Made by a program: the position numbers and the translations under genes. A DNA stretch of 64,000 nucleotides, from the IMG/VR virus record IMGVR_UViG_3300027986_000001, positions 1 to 64,000 of that record; one strand, given 5' to 3'. Of this stretch, positions 57,866-64,000 are shown piece after piece; position 1 is the stretch's first letter; each line of letters starts with the position of its first letter. Source of the DNA: a virus (lineage: Duplodnaviria > Caudoviricetes). Under the pieces are notes generated by a model. That model saw nothing but the letters and a program-made list of their open reading frames with translations. It made no database searches and had not been told where the DNA came from.

Positions 57866-59683
57866 ATGCCGCTATCTCCCGAGACGAGCCAGCTAATCAA
57901 CAGCCCGCAGTTCTACTCCCAGCCGGAGTCGGAGCAGATTGATCAGTTGAGCCGTCTCTCTTCGGACTTCAATTCCATGGCCTACGAGGACAAGAAGAGA
58001 ACCTTGTCGGCCATGGGAGAAAAGTTCAAAGCCAAGAAATCCAACGTCCCAGGAACGCCTTGGTACCGCAAACCAACAGTCCCCCTGGATAAGCTCATTG
58101 CGCCACCCAACCCCAGCCAGTCCGGCCCGGAGCAGGTTGTGCGAGGAGCCGCTCAAGGTGCCGCCCAAGGAGTGTCGCAATTCTCTACACCTGAGAACGC
58201 AGGGCTGATCGGAGGGATGGCCCTCGGCGGCAAGGTCCCGGTCGTGGGACCGGCCATTCGGGCCGGGGCAGCCGCATACTTCACCTATGAGCAGGCCAAA
58301 CAGCTAATAGAATCAATCCCCGAGCTTAAGAAGGCATGGAATGAAGGCAATGTGGGGGAAATCGGCAGGGTGCTCGGCAATGACGCCGTAGCGGCCTTGG
58401 CTGGATACAAGAGCGGAAAGGGGTTAGCTGAGGGCGTTCGCGGCAAGATTTCTCGCCCAGTGCCGGATAAGACAGCCGCACATGTTCCAGACCCATACGC
58501 GGAGATGGGACGCGCAGCCAAGGAACCCGAAAAACCTTGGTGGCAGGGGATTTACGACAAATCCTTGGAGGAAGTCCGCCAGATCGTCGGCCAGAGGGGC
58601 TCAGGAAAGGCCGCTACCGCCCCTCCGGTTGATCCAGGGCTGCCAGGGCACGTCAAAGCATGGGCCGGGGAGAGAGAGGGCCTTGGAGCCCGTACGGCGG
58701 CTCCGGAAGGGTACGTTTTCCCGAAGCCCCTCCCGGGCAAGGATACCGTGGCTGCCGCGCGAGGAGAAGAATCGACCGCCCCAGGGAAGCCGATACCGGA
58801 CCCGTCTCAGCCGTACCGAGACATAGCGCGAGTCGCCTCCGAGGCGGAAACCCGCAGGGGGCAGGTCGAAGCGTATCCTAAACCCCCAGCCACGGGGCCA
58901 GGGAAGTCCCCCAAGCCACCGGAGACGAAGGCGGCACCCGAAGCCCCTAAGTCAGCCGCCAAGCCCAAGGCGGAGCCCGTAGCGGCCAAAAAGAGCCTAG
59001 CCAACGAGGACGCCGCAGGTCTCAATAAGCGCCGGGAAGAGTTTGTGAAGTTGCAAAAGGAGCTAAGGGATATTCCCGAAGGCCCCCAGAAGACGGACAT
59101 GCTGGCCAAAGTATCCCGCGCCATCGAATCGATAGATGCCGCGCTAAAAGGCAAGGGTGGGGAGTCCAAATGGCGGGGTAAGATTAACCCGTACAAGAAA
59201 GACGGGATGAAGACGGATGTCCGGCAGACAAAGCCAAAGCCATCAGATACTTCCCGCCAGCCCGCTACCCCAGGCGGAAGCAAAGGCAAGATAGCGGCTG
59301 GCGAACCTGCACCCAAATCCGCCCCAACGGGGGCTGCCAAAACCGCCGCTCCGCCAGAGCCCCCATCCTCCCAGGAGGCCCCCAAGGATAAAGCCTCTGC
59401 CGGGGAGCCAGCCACACCCGTCCGGGAGGCTGTGCAGTCTATTCTGGATCAGGTGCAGCGCGCCAAAATCGACCGCTTCTCGATCCGCGTCAGGAACGCT
59501 GAGGGAGAAGAGATCTATTCAGGCGAATATGAGGGCGATGCCTCGCCGGATTACGTGGAGTCCGCCTTTAAATACCTGCGTGGCGCACACAAGATCGAGA
59601 TCATCCCGCTCGGGCCGAATCGCGGTATCAAGTCTTGGGTCAAGTTCCTTGCTCCAGAAACCGTAAAGGCTCCGCCGGGGTGA
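57866..59683 (+). CDS. internal virion / ejection protein
   Basis: 605 aa Pro/Ala/Lys-rich. Confidence 0.5.
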   Translation: MPLSPETSQLINSPQFYSQPESEQIDQLSRLSSDFNSMAYEDKKRTLSAMGEKFKAKKSNVPGTPWYRKPTVPLDKLIAPPNPSQSGPEQVVRGAAQGAAQGVSQFSTPENAGLIGGMALGGKVPVVGPAIRAGAAAYFTYEQAKQLIESIPELKKAWNEGNVGEIGRVLGNDAVAALAGYKSGKGLAEGVRGKISRPVPDKTAAHVPDPYAEMGRAAKEPEKPWWQGIYDKSLEEVRQIVGQRGSGKAATAPPVDPGLPGHVKAWAGEREGLGARTAAPEGYVFPKPLPGKDTVAAARGEESTAPGKPIPDPSQPYRDIARVASEAETRRGQVEAYPKPPATGPGKSPKPPETKAAPEAPKSAAKPKAEPVAAKKSLANEDAAGLNKRREEFVKLQKELRDIPEGPQKTDMLAKVSRAIESIDAALKGKGGESKWRGKINPYKKDGMKTDVRQTKPKPSDTSRQPATPGGSKGKIAAGEPAPKSAPTGAAKTAAPPEPPSSQEAPKDKASAGEPATPVREAVQSILDQVQRAKIDRFSIRVRNAEGEEIYSGEYEGDASPDYVESAFKYLRGAHKIEIIPLGPNRGIKSWVKFLAPETVKAPPG

Positions 59684-59689
59684 TAACAC

Positions 59690-59899
59690 GTGCAGCATCT
59701 GGCAGTAGGCATGGAGATCGCGCACAACGGGGTTGCGATGAAGCTACTGTACAGGGTGCGGTCAACTGGCAGCGGAGAGCTTTGGTGTGTGAAGAGAATC
59801 ATGGTTGAAAATCAGTGGCAGCACGATGAGTGGTTCTACAATCACGAAATAGTGCGGCAACTACACACGAAGGTCATGCGGGTAGGAGGAGCAGCCTAG
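59690..59899 (+). CDS. hypothetical protein
   Basis: ORF track. Confidence 0.4.
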   Translation: MQHLAVGMEIAHNGVAMKLLYRVRSTGSGELWCVKRIMVENQWQHDEWFYNHEIVRQLHTKVMRVGGAA

Positions 59900-60082
59900 G
59901 TGCCATCCAACGAGGTAATGTCGAAATTCAAACGGGGGAAGTTACGTTCGGGATCAAAGAGCGGACCCAAGGTGAAGAACCGTTCCCAGGCGATCGCGAT
60001 TATGTTGAGTGAACGTCGAGCGGAGAAGAAGCACGGCGGGCGCTACCCAGATCGAAAGAAGCGGCGGAAACGCTCTCGCTAA
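59900..60082 (+). CDS. small basic protein (DUF6496-like)
   Basis: VM..FK.GKL.SG...GPKV....QAIAI.LSE. Confidence 0.75.
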   Translation: MPSNEVMSKFKRGKLRSGSKSGPKVKNRSQAIAIMLSERRAEKKHGGRYPDRKKRRKRSR

Positions 60083-60407
60083 ATAGCGATGGATTCGGCT
60101 CCGGATCGGCAACCCTTCGCCGCTTTGGGTAAGTGATCTTTCCCATCCCGTCGTACCAGAGATCCACGCCTGCCCCAATCCGAACATGCAATTGCTTCAG
60201 TCCGTAGTGCGCGGACTCCTGGAATTCCAGACCCTTATCGGCCAAGAACGCCCGCGCTTGGGATAGATCGTCAAGGAGGCCGTCATTACGGAAACCGAGT
60301 AGGCATGCCTTTCTCTGCCGCACTGCCCGTTTGGCGCTACGGAACACAATGCGCCCCTCTAAGCCCTCCAGCCTAGAGCGGATCTCCTGCTGCATTGCTT
60401 TGGTCAT
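60000..60407 (-). CDS. hypothetical protein
   Basis: ATGA-type coupling with upstream gene; C-terminus overlaps convergent gene. Confidence 0.4.
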   Translation of the reverse strand: MTKAMQQEIRSRLEGLEGRIVFRSAKRAVRQRKACLLGFRNDGLLDDLSQARAFLADKGLEFQESAHYGLKQLHVRIGAGVDLWYDGMGKITYPKRRRVADPEPNPSLFSESVSAASFDLGSARRASSPLDVHST

Positions 60408-60853
60408 AGACGGGGCACCTCGATTTCTTCCCAGTCTCCGTTGCTCTTGGGAACCGCATAGAAGAAGCGGAATGGGAACATACTGGCCGCCACTTTGATT
60501 TTAACCTTGGAATCGTCCTCGGCAAACATTCGACCTTTGCGGCGGGCCTTTACCTCGTAGAACGTTAACGCCCATGTAGGGTCCGATTCTACGTCGTTCC
60601 TGATGACAGAATAGTCGGGTGTGTAGCGACAATCAGCCGCCAACTTAAGCGTTATCTGCTCAAAGAACCACTGATTGATCTCCCCTGCCTTGACGAGAAG
60701 GTCCAGATGCTGCGCGAATGCGGCCTCGGTCTTGTTCATTTTCCCCGGCGTGTGCGATCCGTGCGCCCTTAGTTTGACGGGCGGAATCTTCTCGGCCTGC
60801 GGAAATTGCCGCCTGCGGTACAGGTCGTCTAGGTCTTGTTGCGTCCAGTTCAT
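60404..60853 (-). CDS. DUF1064-like PD-(D/E)XK endonuclease
   Basis: MNKTE..F...L...YTPDY....FYEVK....D..VKIKVAA..FP. Confidence 0.8.
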   Translation of the reverse strand: MNWTQQDLDDLYRRRQFPQAEKIPPVKLRAHGSHTPGKMNKTEAAFAQHLDLLVKAGEINQWFFEQITLKLAADCRYTPDYSVIRNDVESDPTWALTFYEVKARRKGRMFAEDDSKVKIKVAASMFPFRFFYAVPKSNGDWEEIEVPRL

Positions 60854-61104
60854 CCCGGCAGCTTGTTCTTATCTTCGACCCGCACCACGAATCTCTGCGG
60901 CCCGAGAGACAGGCACTCGTACGAGGCTGAATTCTCGCTCGACTCGTCCTGCCCGCTGATAGTCACCTTGGAAAGAAATTTACTTAGCTCCTCCCACGTA
61001 TCCGGGCCGACCAAGATATTCTCGCCGAGGAAGTTCCGTGCAGTGTCCTGAGCAAGATACACCTTGCCTTCGTAGCTGAACATGCAGCCTGTTTCTTCCG
61101 CCAT
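60850..61104 (-). CDS. hypothetical protein
   Basis: AAGGAGG RBS. Confidence 0.55.
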   Translation of the reverse strand: MAEETGCMFSYEGKVYLAQDTARNFLGENILVGPDTWEELSKFLSKVTISGQDESSENSASYECLSLGPQRFVVRVEDKNKLPG

Positions 61105-61113
61105 AAACCCTCC

Positions 61114-61344
61114 TTACTGAACCATCCCCGGTTGTCCGATATTAGACTGCTCGGGGAATTTCACGATCACGTTGAATTTCTCCGCTTCAACTCGGATCAC
61201 CGCTCCGTTCTCAAAGTGGAACTCAAAGCTGTTGTTGTCCACCCGAATACCCATTACGGCTTCATCCACAATGCGGCTCTTGAGGAGAAAGTTGAAGCGG
61301 TCGCGGTCCTCGGAGTTGCCCCAGTCGTAGGACTCAGCGGCCAT
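61114..61344 (-). CDS. hypothetical protein
   Basis: ORF in operon. Confidence 0.55.
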   Translation of the reverse strand: MAAESYDWGNSEDRDRFNFLLKSRIVDEAVMGIRVDNNSFEFHFENGAVIRVEAEKFNVIVKFPEQSNIGQPGMVQ

Positions 61345-61346
61345 AC

Positions 61347-61823
61347 TCAGATCCTAACCCATCCAAATTCTCCGAACGTAATCGAGTTCCCCTTTTGTGT
61401 GGCTCCCTGCCATGCCCATCCATTATCGCGCATGGATTTAGCGACGGAAGGATGCGGTTCCGGGTATTTTAGAACGTTGTCTGTGATCTTTCGATGGCAA
61501 GTCGCATCGACTCCGCGCAAGTTTTGCCTGCGGTCGTCTCGGCCACGAGCGCGCGGCTTTATGTGGTCGCATTGCAGGGGTCGTATAGCTCCGCAAACAA
61601 AGCAGCGAAAACCCTGCTCTTTGAATGTAATGCCCGCGACTCGCTTGTAGTTGGCTTCTACCGCAATCCCGATAGCCTCGGTAATCAGCCTACCGCTGCC
61701 GGAGACGATTGGCGGCTCCCCTTGGTGCTCCAGATACAAGTTGCACTCATACAGGCCCTTCCCGTTGCGCGTGGAAAGGGCCGCCATGAGCCCGGTGATC
61801 CGCTCTGCCTGACGCAGGGTCAC
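61347..61823 (-). CDS. HNH endonuclease
   Basis: CFVCG....QCDHIKPR.RG.DD...NL......CH. Confidence 0.8.
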   Translation of the reverse strand: MTLRQAERITGLMAALSTRNGKGLYECNLYLEHQGEPPIVSGSGRLITEAIGIAVEANYKRVAGITFKEQGFRCFVCGAIRPLQCDHIKPRARGRDDRRQNLRGVDATCHRKITDNVLKYPEPHPSVAKSMRDNGWAWQGATQKGNSITFGEFGWVRI

Positions 61824-61826
61824 GCC

Positions 61827-62594
61827 TTAATCCGCAGTCGCCGTTTTGGCTGCCGCTTCATTCTCGGCGTTCTGTTTGATCTGCTCCGCCCCCCGGTTCA
61901 GCCATTCCGTTTCGCATTCCTGCATCATGGCTTCCAGAATGCGGTCCGGGCGCTCCGATTCGACTACAGCTTGGATCTCCGGCGTTTCGCAGAATTTCTT
62001 CCACATGCGGGAGATCTTCTTGTTGGTCTGGATACTGATTGTTACGCCCGTTGATTCACCCTTTTCCAGATAGCCCTTCTTGGCTACATGCTCCTCGAAG
62101 GCTTCTACGGATTCGGACTTCTTGGCCTGCTCGATCAGTTTGCGGGCGTAGGGCTGCGACTCCTCCCCGCGCTTCACGGCCTTGTTGATGATCTGGAACT
62201 GCACGCGGCCAATCGCGGCGAATTCGCGCGTAGCCACATCTTTCCAGCGCTCGTACAGGGTCCGGGCCTCGAAGCAGGTCTGGCGGCTGACGCCGTACTG
62301 TTTCTCGATCTGCTCAAAGAACTTCTCTTGGCTCTTGATTCCCTTGGCTTTGTAGGTATTCTCCGGGTCCTGCTTGGCCAGAAGAAGCAGGCGGCCCAAA
62401 GCAGGCAACAGGATCTGGGTCCGCGACATGGACTGGCTGATCTGGTGGCAGACCGCCCCGAGAGTGTCCCAGTACTGCTCGGAATCAACCTTATCCGGGA
62501 TCACTAGATCGATGGTCACGTCGGGCCGCACCAACTTGGCCAGGAACTTCTTTTCGGAATCGCTAGCGGGGGAAAACGGGTTTACGTCAGGCAT
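61827..62594 (-). CDS. hypothetical helical protein
   Basis: AAGGAG RBS, CTTGACT promoter. Confidence 0.7.
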   Translation of the reverse strand: MPDVNPFSPASDSEKKFLAKLVRPDVTIDLVIPDKVDSEQYWDTLGAVCHQISQSMSRTQILLPALGRLLLLAKQDPENTYKAKGIKSQEKFFEQIEKQYGVSRQTCFEARTLYERWKDVATREFAAIGRVQFQIINKAVKRGEESQPYARKLIEQAKKSESVEAFEEHVAKKGYLEKGESTGVTISIQTNKKISRMWKKFCETPEIQAVVESERPDRILEAMMQECETEWLNRGAEQIKQNAENEAAAKTATAD

Positions 62595-62659
62595 TGAATC
62601 TCCTTTACGCAGTCAAGAATATGACGGAAATGGAGGGAAGTCAAGAATTATGTTTGGGG

Positions 62660-63118
62660 CTAGGTGAGGAAAAGCGCTCGCTCGGCCTGCCTACGGGCAA
62701 GAAGACCGGGGAATACCTGCCCACCGGCTATATCCCACTTGAGGAATTCGTTAGCGGCGTCCTCCATCCGGCCAAGATTCATCAACTTCAGTAGGGTAGA
62801 AGACGCAAAATGGCCGCTACCCTCGTTGTATACGAAATCACAACAGGCATCGAACTGGTTCTGTGTAATCGGCACATTTATCAGCCGGTTTATGACGTGC
62901 TCTACGGGAACTATACGGGCCATCAGCAGATCCACCCCTTCGTCGCGAGTGATCGGCTGGATTGTCTGGTAGTGTTCAACCTCGGACGCCGACAAATCAC
63001 AACCGAATCCGATAACCGGATTACCTTCATCCGAGCCGATAGTTGGTAGAAATCCTTCGGCCTGCTCAACGATAGGAATCAGTGAGGCGCTGGCGCTCAT
63101 GGGAGGATCGAGGGGCAT
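62660..63118 (-). CDS. lysozyme / endolysin (GH24)
   Basis: EG....D.G..IGFG, TQNQFDA..DF.YN.G...F.SSTLLK..N, W..AGG....GL..RR.AE..LF. Confidence 0.92.
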   Translation of the reverse strand: MPLDPPMSASASLIPIVEQAEGFLPTIGSDEGNPVIGFGCDLSASEVEHYQTIQPITRDEGVDLLMARIVPVEHVINRLINVPITQNQFDACCDFVYNEGSGHFASSTLLKLMNLGRMEDAANEFLKWDIAGGQVFPGLLARRQAERALFLT

Positions 63119-63385
63119 TTAGGATTTCTCCTCCACTCCGTTGGCCTCATCCATGTAGTCCGTTATTCCGCGCTGGCGGATATTATCCGGGATCTCGGAG
63201 TAGGCCCAGTCGGACAGACGGACGCAATGGGTGAGTGACTGGAAGCACATAAGTCCGACCTTCTTGCCGACCAAGACGGTTACGTTAGGGTTGGTAGCCG
63301 CCTCGCGGGCCGCTTTCTTGGCCGCGTCCACTTCATCCTCGCCGTCAACCACTAAGCCAAGCACTACGTCGTACAAGGCCATCAC
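63119..63385 (-). CDS. hypothetical protein
   Basis: ORF in operon. Confidence 0.5.
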   Translation of the reverse strand: MMALYDVVLGLVVDGEDEVDAAKKAAREAATNPNVTVLVGKKVGLMCFQSLTHCVRLSDWAYSEIPDNIRQRGITDYMDEANGVEEKS

Positions 63386-63570
63386 TTCGCCTCCGGTAAA
63401 ATATTAGACTGCTTTCCGAGCAAAGCCTTGGCTGCCTGCAGCCGCGAATCCGGCAGCCACTTGTCCACCGGGAACCGTAGCTGGCGCGGCGGCATCGGGG
63501 TATTGGCCTTCCGCCGCCGCACGCGCTTGCGGGGAGTAACCGGCTCTAGTTTTGGGGCGGGAGAGTTCAT
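63382..63570 (-). CDS. small basic hypothetical protein
   Basis: Coupled ORF. Confidence 0.45.
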   Translation of the reverse strand: MNSPAPKLEPVTPRKRVRRRKANTPMPPRQLRFPVDKWLPDSRLQAAKALLGKQSNILPEAK

Positions 63571-63872
63571 TGCTTCGCCGTGTACATCCGCAGATCCCGC
63601 TCGTACAGCATCTTGTTGCCCTCAACTTGGCGGCTGTACGCCTCTATCCAGTAGCGGTGATCGGGGTCTTGATACATCTCCGACAGATCCTCGATCCGCA
63701 GCCGCTCCGAATCCAACTCCTGCTTGGCCTGCGGGGGAGGCATTTTCTCCAGATCTCCGAATGACACGACATGCGCCTTGGACACAACGTCGATCAGAGC
63801 CTGTTCTTTTGTGAGCGAAACCCGCGAGCAGCCTGCGGTCAGAATAACCAGGGCCGCAACGAATAACTTCAT
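63567..63872 (-). CDS. lipoprotein
   Basis: Lipobox LTAGC; GGAGG RBS; CTCTTGACT promoter upstream. Confidence 0.7.
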   Translation of the reverse strand: MKLFVAALVILTAGCSRVSLTKEQALIDVVSKAHVVSFGDLEKMPPPQAKQELDSERLRIEDLSEMYQDPDHRYWIEAYSRQVEGNKMLYERDLRMYTAKQ

Positions 63873-64000
63873 CGTTCACCTCCGGGGTTGATTCTGACTG
63901 GGATTTCCGCCAAAGTCAAGAGTTTTGTTTTGCCCGTGATTCTTCTTGTGGAACAACTTGGCTTGTGGGCACGTGCTCCAATGCGGACTTCCATCCAGAT

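Overview
The whole window is part of a tailed dsDNA phage genome with podovirus-like architecture. It has a leftward block of small early genes (1-4.0 kb), rightward early/middle genes (4.4-16.4 kb) and putative lysis genes (16.6-18.3 kb). The morphogenesis module follows: terminase small and large subunits, portal, scaffold, major capsid (split by an ORF-less group I intron), glycosyltransferases, tail tubular/nozzle proteins, tail fibre, GNAT and three large ejection-type proteins (18.3-59.7 kb). A convergent leftward block holds nucleases and a GH24 lysozyme (60-64 kb). No integrase, polymerase, tRNA or CRISPR array is visible. The most striking element is a solo RAMP (Cas7/Csm3-like) gene at 11917-12585 plus a small partner gene, followed by a ~620-nt non-coding array of 5-nt GGN-NN repeats punctuated by GGCA. 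Three shorter orphan arrays lie at 14.5, 21.1 (minus strand) and 22.3 kb. When only the variable NN dinucleotides are read, each orphan array spells codon positions 1-2 (wobble skipped) of a diverged version of a segment of the adjacent gene (16/20, 18/28 and 19/30 nt). This points to an RNA-guided system with a non-contiguous recognition code, plausibly aimed at homologous alleles in competing relatives or at self-regulation. Other features include 13 copies of a 14-bp palindromic site, a phage-wide CTCTTGACT promoter class with leaderless genes, several free-standing endonucleases, protamine-like peptides and a Thg1 with a D-to-G change at the catalytic motif. All family calls come from motif recognition by eye; no database searches were run.
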